Below are positions 42,363-51,716 of a DNA stretch of 64,000 bases, one piece after another. Source of the DNA: Cyanobacteria bacterium P01_C01_bin.118 (GTDB lineage: Bacteria > Cyanobacteriota > Cyanobacteriia > Phormidesmidales > Phormidesmidaceae); contig JBCCJR010000001.1 of NCBI GenBank assembly GCA_039045805.1, positions 317-64,316 on the forward strand. The letters are read 5' to 3'. The translations under genes and the position numbers were made by a program. Under the pieces are notes generated by a model. It searched no databases. It was not told where the DNA came from and was given only the letters and a program-made list of their open reading frames with translations. Every line of letters begins with the position of its first letter. Positions within the stretch are counted from its first letter, which is position 1.

Positions 42363-43892
42363 CTATTTGGAGAAGAAATTATCCTTCTTGCGGACAAATA
42401 GATCCGTAAAGAATGAGATTACGGTCCGTTTTTCGGTCTTAATATTGGCGTTCATCGACATACCGGATCGGAGTGTATAAGTTTCTCCTCTGGACTCTAG
42501 GACCTGAGCCTTAAGCTGAATCTCCGCTGGGAATCGATAAAACGGATAAATCTCATCGGGCGGTAGGGCATCGGAACCAATGCTGATAAGGTGTCCGTCA
42601 ATGTCTCCATACTCACTGTAGGTAAAGGCATCAATGCGGACATCCACTGACTTACACTCAGCTTCAATCCCCTTCTGATCTTCAGCTTGTACCGCAGTGC
42701 GACAGTCGTCGGTCAGCTGCACAAAACCGATATCCTTATTGGGAATAAAGACGCGGGCGATGAGATTGTCCTGAGGGACAATTTCTAAAATCGGCTCGGT
42801 TGAGTTGGCTGCGTAGCCTGGCTGGTTAGCCTTCAGGTTAAATACAGCGCCGCTGACGGGAGCTTTGAGCTCGCGAAACTGTAGCTGCTCTTTTAACTGA
42901 GCGATGCGGCTATCAATTTCTTGTCGCTGGGTTTCATTTTGCAAGACAGTTTGGCCCAGATCACTATCAATTGATGAAATTCGCTCACGATTGTTACGAA
43001 TTTGGTCGCGACGACTTCGTTCAAATTCAAATTCGGAGCGCTTAATTTCGGCCTCAGCTTGATTTATTTGAGCATCGAGACGGCTAATTTCATCTTTTAA
43101 GGTATTGACTCGGGTGATGCGAGTGCTCACCTCTTGCTCCTGCTGTAGCCGGTTGAGTTCGGCTACAGCGCCCTCTTTTTCCAGCCACTGCAGTCTTTCC
43201 AGAATTTCCTGGTTAGTATCTAAATCGTTTTCAGCATTTTTCAACTCGGCGCGAGCCTGACTCAGCCGACCTTCCAAGTCTTTAATTTGCTCACGGTTCT
43301 GAATCTGACGTTCCTGGCTTTCTCCTCTAGCCGCCCTGACCTCGGCGGCTGCCTCACCAGAAAGTCCCGCTGTATTACCGTTGATTTGAGCCTGGTAAAT
43401 CTGGTTACTGGCCTGCAGCTGGTTTTTCTCCTGCAGTCGCTGTTGTAGATCAAGGTCTCCTGCATTAGAGCCATCACCGTTGCCACCCTGGGCTCGGTAA
43501 AAATCACTCTGGCTGTTTAGCTGTTTGCGAATGCTTTGTAGAGAGGCCAGCTCTACCCTGGCAGCTTCCTGATTAAACGTAATCAGCACGTCACCTTTTT
43601 CTACCAGGTCACCTTCCCGCACATGGATTTTTTCAATCACACCACCGCTGGGGGTTTGGACAGGCTGCACTACACCAACGGGCTCCAATTTGCCCTGGGC
43701 CGGAATAGTTTCTTCTACCTTGGCGAGAAAGGCCCACAGGACAGTAATGGTGGTCACTCCCAGAATGGCAAAGACAATGGCCTGGGCCCACACGGGAGAC
43801 TGACGGAGAATGACGGGCTGGTCAAAAGGTTGAGCCTGCCCCCTGGGAGCATTTGGCACCCCACCGTTTTGTACTTGTTGAGATGTCGTCAT
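42363..43892 (-). CDS. HlyD-family membrane fusion protein
   Basis: N-terminal TM, AQGKLEP, VREGDLVEKGDVL, long coiled coil, LKAPVSG, LRSGMS. Confidence 0.92.
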   Translation of the reverse strand: MTTSQQVQNGGVPNAPRGQAQPFDQPVILRQSPVWAQAIVFAILGVTTITVLWAFLAKVEETIPAQGKLEPVGVVQPVQTPSGGVIEKIHVREGDLVEKGDVLITFNQEAARVELASLQSIRKQLNSQSDFYRAQGGNGDGSNAGDLDLQQRLQEKNQLQASNQIYQAQINGNTAGLSGEAAAEVRAARGESQERQIQNREQIKDLEGRLSQARAELKNAENDLDTNQEILERLQWLEKEGAVAELNRLQQEQEVSTRITRVNTLKDEISRLDAQINQAEAEIKRSEFEFERSRRDQIRNNRERISSIDSDLGQTVLQNETQRQEIDSRIAQLKEQLQFRELKAPVSGAVFNLKANQPGYAANSTEPILEIVPQDNLIARVFIPNKDIGFVQLTDDCRTAVQAEDQKGIEAECKSVDVRIDAFTYSEYGDIDGHLISIGSDALPPDEIYPFYRFPAEIQLKAQVLESRGETYTLRSGMSMNANIKTEKRTVISFFTDLFVRKKDNFFSK

Positions 43893-43894
43893 GA

Positions 43895-46867
43895 CTAACC
43901 GTTCCCTTGTTGCTGGTGTAGACAGTAGTAGCGTCCCTTGAGGGCAAGGAGTTGTTCGTGAGTGCCGTCTTCAACGATAGACCCCTGGTCCATTACCAGA
44001 ATATTGTCAGCCGAACGCAAGGCACCCAGTCGATGGGTAATAAAGAAGACGGTGCGGCCTTTGGACCACTTTTTCAAGTTAGCGGATACCTGCGCTTCGG
44101 TGTCGTAATCCAAAGCACTGGTGGCCTCGTCCAAGATTAATAGACGGGGATTTTGAATAATTGTGCGCGCGATCGCAATCCTTTGGCGCTGTCCTCCAGA
44201 CAGGGAGGAGCCCCGCTCACCCACACGGGTGTTGTACCCCACCGCCATCTCCATAATAAAGTCATGACAGCAGGCAATCTTAGCCGCCTGAATCACCTCT
44301 TCAGTGGTGGCTTCAGGATTAGTGAGCGAAATATTTTCCTGAATGGTGCCCTCAAATAGCAAACTATCCTGGGGCACAATACCCACCTGACGTCTGAGGG
44401 AGTACAGCTCCACCTTGTTGATATCGTAGTTATCAATCAAGATACGGCCCGAGTTGGGTTCATACAGCCGGGGCAGCAGTTTCATCATGGTACTTTTACC
44501 AGATCCGCTCAGACCCACTAAACCAATAAACTGACCCGCCTGGAACTCGGCATTAATATTGGAAAGCTGCAGCGGACCCGATGCCCCAAATCGGAACGAT
44601 AGGTTCTCGTAACGCACATGCCCCTTGATATCCGGCATCGGAATCTGACTGCGCTGTTCCTCCTCCTGTTCCTGGGGATGGTCGATGATGTCGCTCAAAC
44701 GCTCCAGGGACAGAGCCGTTTCCTGGAAGTTTTGCCACAGCTGAGTAAGACGCAACAGGGGCTGGGTCACGTAGCCCGAAATAATTCGGAATGCAATCAG
44801 TTCCCCCAGAGTAAGGTCGCCTTCTAGCACCAGGTAGGCACCAAACCAAAGCACCAGTAGTCCAGACAGCTTATTAAGGAAGTTACTGGCAGAGCTAGCC
44901 GTGGTGGATGTCAGCACCGTTTTAAAACCATCGCTCACATAGCGGCTGTAGCGGTCTTGCCACTTCCAGCGGGTATTGAGCTCGATATTTTGAGCTTTTA
45001 CCGTCTGGATACCCGATAGGGCCTCCACCAGGAAGGACTGAGTCCTAGCGTTTTGCTCCGCCTTTGCCCGTAACTGGCGGCGAACAATCGGTGACACAAA
45101 GAATGTCAGCCCCAAGAATAGCGGGATTGTCGACAGGGAAACCGCCGTCAGTTTGACGCTATAAATCAGCATCACGACGATATAAACCAGGGAGAAGACC
45201 GCGTCCAACACCACCGTCAGGGCTGTACCAGTCAAAAACTGTCGGATATTTTCCAGCTCGTTAACTCGGCTGGACAGCTCACCCACAGGGCGGCGGTCAA
45301 AGTATTTGAGCGGCAGTCGTAGCAGGTGGTCGATGGTTTGGGACGCCAGGGTCATGTCGATCCGGTTGGTGGTATCGACAAACAAATACGTTCGTAAGCT
45401 ACCAAGAATGGCCTCAAACACCGCCACAATCACCAGGAAAATCCCCAGCACATGCAGGGTGTCCACACTCTGCTGGACAATGACTCGGTCAATAATCACC
45501 TGAATCATCAGGGGATTGGCCAAACTAAAGACCTGGTAGAAGAACGAGGCGATCAGCACCTCTACCAAAATCCACTTATATTTTTTGAGGGATGGCACAA
45601 ACCACGATAGGCCAAAGCGCTGCTGAGGGGTTTGGGCCGTGGTTTCCAGCAGCAGTACCTCCCCTTCTGGCCCCCAGATTTCTTCAAATGCTTGGGGTGA
45701 GTGGTAGACCAGCCCCTTATCATTGGGACAGCCAAGCACATATTTCTTGGCAGAGGTCTCATAGATAACTGCATAGCTGTCACGCCATTTAATCAGCGCC
45801 AGCTTGGGTAGACGGCCAATGGCGCTGGCGGGCACCTTGGCGAGCTGCGGTTTTAGCCCCAGCATGTCAGCAACAGCGCCACAGGCGGGGAGAGATATCT
45901 GCCCCAGCCGCTGCTTTTGGTTAGTCAGAACCTTGTGGACAACATCCCGTTTAAAGGGCATGCCAAAATGCTGGGACAGCATTTCAAAACAGGCCACCAG
46001 CGCATCCAGGTCACCTCGAGCGCGAATATGGGGGTAGTTTTGACGACTAAGCTCGGCGTTGATATCGCCATCTTTGGGCAACGGATCTGCATAGGGAATC
46101 TCAGCGCTAGAGTCAGCATCGGCCCAGGGATCGTCACTGAGCACCTCGGTAGCTTTGCTTTCAACCTGGGCAGCGATGATGGCCGATGGAATGCCAATCA
46201 GTCGCGCTCCGCTGCTGCTCAATACCTCAGTGGAAGCAACAGTGGGGCTAAGTTGACTACCCTGTTTATGACCAGCAACATTGCCCCGACTAATAAACCA
46301 CAGCCGCTGGTTATCGAGGTCGCTGTACCTGAGCTGGCCAGCAGGGACTTCCTTAACAGCCACCCCTGATTGTTGAATGGTTTCCGTTAGTTCGCTAATG
46401 TCGCCGACGTTGTGGGCCTGGCGCTCAAAATAACTGCTGAGAATTTCAAACAGCTCTGCCAGATAGCAGTGGTTTTGAACAGCATTGGCAAAGTTGCGGT
46501 GCTCTGGAAGCAGTTGCTTAAGGGTCTGCACCGGAATGGCAATGGCGACAATCTCAGTGGATGCGATCGCACTTTCACAAGCCACTCCCCGAGCAGCCCC
46601 GGCCAACCCTATCAGGTCACCAGGCCCCAATAGCTTGAGGGTAATAGGATTTTTAGTGTAGGGATCATAGCCCAGCAGCCTTACCTGTCCCTCTTTAATC
46701 AAGACAAGCTGGTGGGGCATGGTTTCACGCCTGAGGATAGGCTGCCCCATGCGGTAACGCAGCATTTGACTTTTTTCAGCCAATGCCTGTAGAGCCTCTG
46801 CCGGTAAACGGCTAAAGGGCTCCACATCGCCCAGCTGCTGCTGTATAGGATTTACTGTATAGGTCAT
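43895..46867 (-). CDS. Type I secretion ABC transporter (cNMP-binding, C39-like, TM and ABC domains; HlyB family)
   Basis: N-terminal cNMP-like domain, C39-like segment, GLSGSGKST, LSGGQRQR, LDEATSALD. Confidence 0.93.
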   Translation of the reverse strand: MTYTVNPIQQQLGDVEPFSRLPAEALQALAEKSQMLRYRMGQPILRRETMPHQLVLIKEGQVRLLGYDPYTKNPITLKLLGPGDLIGLAGAARGVACESAIASTEIVAIAIPVQTLKQLLPEHRNFANAVQNHCYLAELFEILSSYFERQAHNVGDISELTETIQQSGVAVKEVPAGQLRYSDLDNQRLWFISRGNVAGHKQGSQLSPTVASTEVLSSSGARLIGIPSAIIAAQVESKATEVLSDDPWADADSSAEIPYADPLPKDGDINAELSRQNYPHIRARGDLDALVACFEMLSQHFGMPFKRDVVHKVLTNQKQRLGQISLPACGAVADMLGLKPQLAKVPASAIGRLPKLALIKWRDSYAVIYETSAKKYVLGCPNDKGLVYHSPQAFEEIWGPEGEVLLLETTAQTPQQRFGLSWFVPSLKKYKWILVEVLIASFFYQVFSLANPLMIQVIIDRVIVQQSVDTLHVLGIFLVIVAVFEAILGSLRTYLFVDTTNRIDMTLASQTIDHLLRLPLKYFDRRPVGELSSRVNELENIRQFLTGTALTVVLDAVFSLVYIVVMLIYSVKLTAVSLSTIPLFLGLTFFVSPIVRRQLRAKAEQNARTQSFLVEALSGIQTVKAQNIELNTRWKWQDRYSRYVSDGFKTVLTSTTASSASNFLNKLSGLLVLWFGAYLVLEGDLTLGELIAFRIISGYVTQPLLRLTQLWQNFQETALSLERLSDIIDHPQEQEEEQRSQIPMPDIKGHVRYENLSFRFGASGPLQLSNINAEFQAGQFIGLVGLSGSGKSTMMKLLPRLYEPNSGRILIDNYDINKVELYSLRRQVGIVPQDSLLFEGTIQENISLTNPEATTEEVIQAAKIACCHDFIMEMAVGYNTRVGERGSSLSGGQRQRIAIARTIIQNPRLLILDEATSALDYDTEAQVSANLKKWSKGRTVFFITHRLGALRSADNILVMDQGSIVEDGTHEQLLALKGRYYCLHQQQGNG

Positions 46868-46892
46868 AAGATATAAACTGTGTGCTTACGTC

Positions 46893-47615
46893 TCAGGGCA
46901 AAAGCGGTTTGACAGCCGTAGCCTGAGAGGTGGATTGGAGCCAGGCCTTAAAAAGTTCTTCGATCAGTCGTTTACGCATAGCGTCATCAAACTGAGCCGG
47001 TACAAACTTTTCTAACCGAGTAATCACATACCATTCACCAATAGGTGTGGGGGACCATAACTGCCCCGGTTGACTGACAGATAGCATCCGACCAATCATT
47101 GGGTGGGGCACACTCAACTCCACCGGTCCAATCAGGCCACCCGTTTGAGCTTCCTGACCTTCTGAGTAGCGTCGAGCCAAATCAGCAAATGAACCCCCAT
47201 CGTCATTAAGACGAAAATAAAGTTCCTGAGCCAGGCTAGGATCTTTAGTTCTAATAAGAGAATAAAGCACGCGGTCTAATTTAACCTTGCGCTCCAAAAA
47301 GTAAGATTCCGCCTGATTACCCCAGCTATCTTCTTTGAACTTTGCAATTTTAGCTTCCCGCAACGCCAGCATATACATCTGCTCCTGGGTGAGCTTGTGC
47401 TGAGTTTGCCAGTTTTGCTGATGTTCCTCGGAAACTAAATTGCGCTGACGACAAAACGTCCTATAGGCCTCCTCAGGATCACAAGCAACGGATTCAATGG
47501 CCTGATCTAAGACGATTTCCTGCACCAACCTCGGCAAAAGCTGGTGTTGCTGCAACTGCTCTAGCAGTGTACGAATATCAAGTTCCGATTCGCCAATTTT
47601 TAAAACTGCTGCCAT
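46893..47615 (-). CDS. PpiC/parvulin-type peptidyl-prolyl isomerase
   Basis: VLYSLIR, AQELYFRL, SFADLARRYS, GGLIGP; first gene of the T1SS operon. Confidence 0.88.
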   Translation of the reverse strand: MAAVLKIGESELDIRTLLEQLQQHQLLPRLVQEIVLDQAIESVACDPEEAYRTFCRQRNLVSEEHQQNWQTQHKLTQEQMYMLALREAKIAKFKEDSWGNQAESYFLERKVKLDRVLYSLIRTKDPSLAQELYFRLNDDGGSFADLARRYSEGQEAQTGGLIGPVELSVPHPMIGRMLSVSQPGQLWSPTPIGEWYVITRLEKFVPAQFDDAMRKRLIEELFKAWLQSTSQATAVKPLLP

Positions 47616-48269
47616 GATTAAAACCCTGACTGAATAAGCACGTTAGCGCTTTACCTAAGCTTAGAAAGGAAGAAATAGTAGTCAATAACGTTGAAATAAA
47701 AAAACACCTGCTTCCAGAAATGAGGCCCTATATGTCAAACGGAGTATTAATGACCAGCAAAGCAAGACATGACTGCTAGGCTTAGCCCTGACTTTGAAAT
47801 ATCAGAGGAAAACTGCCATGTCCATGGTTTTTGTAGGCTCTTCAGAAATAATCTTACTGAATTACCCTATGCAGCATTGATTAAGCTTTCCCGTTTAAAT
47901 TCATTACTGAACAAGTTTTATAAATAAATCACAGACCTTACCAGGAACCAATTTTGATGGCTTATGAAGCTAGTTTGATAAATACTCAGCCGAGTTCGGG
48001 AACTTAACTAGTTCTTCATAAATAGGTCGCCAATTCCGGTCGTTTTTCCATACGTCTGATGGGCTTCATATTTTCGTGAGCCGGTTCGGGAAAACTACAG
48101 ACATGGTTATCGGCTTTCGACTAGGGCAAGCAATTTCCGATGGCAGATGTCTAAACATCTAGTCAATTAGACCTGATTAACTAAGTCTAATGGCGTTTTA
48201 TTTTCGTTTATCTAGCCTGAGTTCCAACATTGTCACCTATCGTTTAGTGAACATATATAGTTACAGAAC

Positions 48270-49343
48270 ATGACTCAACGACAGCAAGGCAACGGCCTTC
48301 TGATGATTAGTTTGGCTGGCCTGGGCTTGGTGGCAGGTATATTTGGACTAGTCGCATGGTTAGTCGGTGGTGGCAGTTTGTCCGAGTCAACTCCAAGTTC
48401 TGATCCCAATGAAAGGCTTGCAAATAAACTAGTTGCTCCCTCTGCACCACCTGTCTCAACAGAGCAGCTGACGGCTGTACAGAGTGTCCCCCAAGGACTT
48501 TTTAACTACGGCGGCAGCACCACTTGGATTCCTGTCCATGAGACGGTTAATGACGCGATCGCAAACGCATTTCCCGAACAGCTACGCTACACTCTGCCAT
48601 CGACAGAGGCCCCTGGTTCTGGTACAGGCATTAAAATGTTGCTAGATGGCCAGCTATCGTTTTCAGAATCCTCACGCCCTCTAAAGGATGAAGAGTTTGC
48701 CTCTGCTGAACAACGGGGGTTCAAACTAGAGCAAATTGCAACGGCCCTGGATGGCATTGCCCTGGCAGTGCATCCAGAACTGGGAGTAGACGGGTTAACG
48801 ATAGAGCAAGTCCAAGCGATTTATACCAGCACAGTGACAAACTGGTCAGAACTGGGGGGACCGGACCTGCCCATCACGGCCTACAGTCGTTCGCCAGAGG
48901 CCGCTGGTACAGCTGAGTATTTTCTGGAGTCTATTGTGAATGCTGAGACCTACGGTGCAGACGTTGTCTTTGTTGATAACACCACGATTGGCGTCAGACA
49001 GACTTTAAATGATAGAGGGGGAATTTATTATGCGTCGGCCCCTGAAATTGTTAATCAATGCTCAATTTATGCCATTCCAGTGGCTTCTAAGGATAGTCCC
49101 AATACCTTTGTGTCCCCCTTTGCTGACACCTGGAGAACGGGGCAAGACTGTCTAAACCAGGCAAATACCATGAATAAGTCTGCCTTTCGCAATGGCGACT
49201 ATCCGCTGACGCGGCGTCTATTTGTGGTAGTCAAAGCTGATGGCTCGACGGATGAAGCTGCCGGACGCGCCTACGTTAATATGCTGCTATCCTCCGAAGG
49301 TCAGGATTTAATTGAGGATGCGGGCTTTATCGGTATTCGTTAG
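48270..49343 (+). CDS. PstS-family phosphate-binding protein with an N-terminal TM anchor
   Basis: YGGSTTW, PGSGTGI, SSRPLK, ALDGIA, YPLTRRLFVV. Confidence 0.88.
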   Translation: MTQRQQGNGLLMISLAGLGLVAGIFGLVAWLVGGGSLSESTPSSDPNERLANKLVAPSAPPVSTEQLTAVQSVPQGLFNYGGSTTWIPVHETVNDAIANAFPEQLRYTLPSTEAPGSGTGIKMLLDGQLSFSESSRPLKDEEFASAEQRGFKLEQIATALDGIALAVHPELGVDGLTIEQVQAIYTSTVTNWSELGGPDLPITAYSRSPEAAGTAEYFLESIVNAETYGADVVFVDNTTIGVRQTLNDRGGIYYASAPEIVNQCSIYAIPVASKDSPNTFVSPFADTWRTGQDCLNQANTMNKSAFRNGDYPLTRRLFVVVKADGSTDEAAGRAYVNMLLSSEGQDLIEDAGFIGIR

Positions 49344-49399
49344 GGCTGATCCGAACTAAGATTTTTAGGGAAATTGCCAGGGAGCCCTAAACCAGACCC

Positions 49400-50122
49400 A
49401 TGCAGCGCATTACCATTGACCCTAGTCAGCAGGTGGCTGAGACGCTTCAGCTAACGGCTGATCAAGTGCACTATTTGCAGCGTGTGCTGCGATTAAAGCC
49501 GGGGGATACGTTTATTGTCCAAGATGGCCAGGGACAACAGTGGCAAAGTCAGCTAACGGACAGCCTGGGACAGGCGCAGATTCTGACCACACTGGCCACC
49601 CGCCAACGACCGGCCAGGCTGGAACTGGTGGCAGCCCTGCCTAAAACCGGCTTTGATGATGTGGTTCGACAGGCCACAGAGCTGGGGGTAACCCACATAC
49701 AGCCACTGCTGAGCGAACGTAGTCTATTGCAGCCTAGTACCAAAAAGCTGGAGCGCTGGCACCGGATCGCCCAAGAAGCTTCGGAGCAGTGTGAACGCGG
49801 CTATGTACCTGAAATTCACAGTCCCCTAAAGTTTAATCAGTGGATCCATGGTGAAGCTGTAGATTCAGGGAACTATTTCTGTGTAGCGCGAGTCAATGCA
49901 CCTGGGTTGTTACCTTGTGTACAAGCGCTTCTGAGAGATTCTCCTCAGCGGCCGCTGCAAGTAGTAATCGGCCCAGAAGGGGGCTGGACACCTGGAGAAA
50001 TTACGGTTGCGATCGCCCATGGCTATCAAGAAACCTCTCTTGGTTCCGGGATATTACGTGCAACAACAGCTTCACTTACCGCCCTGGCGATTATCTCGTC
50101 AGTGAGAGAGCAGTTGATATAA
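49400..50122 (+). CDS. rsmE: 16S rRNA m3U1498 methyltransferase
   Basis: HYLQRVLRL, ATELGV, EASEQCER, IGPEGG, LGSGILRATTA. Confidence 0.93.
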   Translation: MQRITIDPSQQVAETLQLTADQVHYLQRVLRLKPGDTFIVQDGQGQQWQSQLTDSLGQAQILTTLATRQRPARLELVAALPKTGFDDVVRQATELGVTHIQPLLSERSLLQPSTKKLERWHRIAQEASEQCERGYVPEIHSPLKFNQWIHGEAVDSGNYFCVARVNAPGLLPCVQALLRDSPQRPLQVVIGPEGGWTPGEITVAIAHGYQETSLGSGILRATTASLTALAIISSVREQLI

Positions 50123-50511
50123 ACAATTTTCTCGTGTTTGTTCGGATGGCCACATAAGATAACTTGATTAGGTTAAAGAAAAGATAAAGTTTTAGGGGAT
50201 GGAACGATTACCTGAACTTGGTTCAAGGATTTGCATTTATTAATCTATCACCTGGGAATGTTTACCTTAGATACGTGAAAATCTTAATAGTCTACTGTTG
50301 GAATAAATCCTTAATCAGTGTAAATCGTCTACATTAAAAAGATTTATTAAAGGCAATAGCTACTATAAACAAATCTCGCGTATTTGTCCGGATGGCTAGT
50401 CTATTGACTTTGGCTAGGTTGAAAACAATTCCAATCGTACAGATAAGTATTGACAGATTTATCTGACCTTGGATTTGGATATTGGGTTTAGTGTTTATTT
50501 ATTCAATCACC

Positions 50512-50790
50512 ATGCATAGTTCAACTGATCAACAACAACACGTATTTTCAGGATTTCATGCCCTATCAGAACCAATTCGAATTCAGGTACTAGAGCTTTT
50601 ACGCGAAGGAGAGTTTTGTGTTGGCGATATGTGTGAGCGTCTGAGTATCGCTCAGTCAAAACTCTCCTTTCATCTAAAAACTCTCAAACAGGCAGGGCTG
50701 GTCACCGCTCGCCAGCAGGGACGCTGGATGTACTATAGCCTCAATCCTGAACAGTTTAATGTGTTAGAGACTTACCTCTCCAATTATTAG
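50512..50790 (+). CDS. ArsR/SmtB-family transcriptional regulator (start moved to ATG 50512)
   Basis: FHALSEPIRI, GEFCVGDM, QSKLSFHLKTL, QQGRWMYYSL. Confidence 0.9.
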   Translation: MHSSTDQQQHVFSGFHALSEPIRIQVLELLREGEFCVGDMCERLSIAQSKLSFHLKTLKQAGLVTARQQGRWMYYSLNPEQFNVLETYLSNY

Positions 50791-50875
50791 CCCAGCGCGA
50801 TCTCTACCTATCGGGAAAATGCCAACGACTAAATCCTAAAAAGCCTATCACTCCCTTATCCTCGTTGCAGATTAG

Positions 50876-50906
50876 ACCGCACTGTCGTCGATGACAGTGC
50901 GGTTTT
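50876..50906 (+). terminator. Hairpin, probable terminator after the ArsR gene
   Basis: ACCGCACTGTC-GTCGAT-GACAGTGCGGT-TTT. Confidence 0.65.
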
Positions 50907-51034
50907 GTCGATCAATATCGTTACTCAATATCTAAGGACACCCATGGAAAGATACCCTACAGACGTGTCTATTACCCAGCCCAACTCTTTAAACTTGATA
51001 GACTAGACGCCGATGTATCTCCCCCCATATTCCT

Positions 51035-51706
51035 ATGGAGAGTCCTATATTTAGCAGGCCAGAAGCCATTATCTTTGACATGGATGGGCTGATGCTCAAC
51101 AGTGAAGTGATTTTTCATCAGGCCTGGCAATCGACGCTGGTGGACCTGGGCTATGACTCTCTGGATAATGAGGCGTATCTGCAGCTAGTGGGCTGTAGTA
51201 ATGACCTGGCGGAAAAGATATTATTGCAATTTCTGGGGTCTGATTTTCCAGTTGAACGTTTTCGGGCAGGGTGGCAAACACGGTGGAAGGCTTTAGCCGC
51301 GAAGGGAATACCTACTAAGCCAGGGCTATGGCCATTATTAGACTGGCTGGATGAGATCGGTTTACCTAAAGCGGTGGGCACCTCCAGCAATGATCACGAA
51401 GCTCAGATTTGCCTTAAGAGTACGGGACTATGGCCCAGATTTGATGCTATTGTCACTGTCGATCAAGCCGGTGCTGGCAAACCAGCCCCTGATATTTTCT
51501 TGACTGCGGCTAGCGCCATCAATATTTCTCCAGCAAACTGTTTGGTCCTAGAAGATTCCAATGCAGGTGTCCAAGCCGCTACCGCTGCTGGTATGGCGGT
51601 AATTATGGTGCCCGATTTACAAACACCGACAGCCTATTCTCAGCAACACGCGTTTAGAATAGTTTCTTCTCTAAATGATGTGTTGAACTTATTGCAGGGA
51701 ATTTAA
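51035..51706 (+). CDS. HAD-family phosphatase (beta-PGM/CbbY-like)
   Basis: FDMDG, GTSS, GKPAPDIF, LEDSNAG. Confidence 0.92.
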   Translation: MESPIFSRPEAIIFDMDGLMLNSEVIFHQAWQSTLVDLGYDSLDNEAYLQLVGCSNDLAEKILLQFLGSDFPVERFRAGWQTRWKALAAKGIPTKPGLWPLLDWLDEIGLPKAVGTSSNDHEAQICLKSTGLWPRFDAIVTVDQAGAGKPAPDIFLTAASAINISPANCLVLEDSNAGVQAATAAGMAVIMVPDLQTPTAYSQQHAFRIVSSLNDVLNLLQGI

Positions 51707-51716
51707 CAAATGACGG

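Noticed and set aside
43895-46867. Bacteriocin/RiPP-processing transporter
   Set aside because: The C39 catalytic Cys and His appear substituted, and no precursor or modification genes are adjacent
50788-50832. Premature stop in the ArsR gene (frame continues 13 codons)
   Set aside because: The winged-helix domain is complete before the stop, and such a short extension is expected by chance
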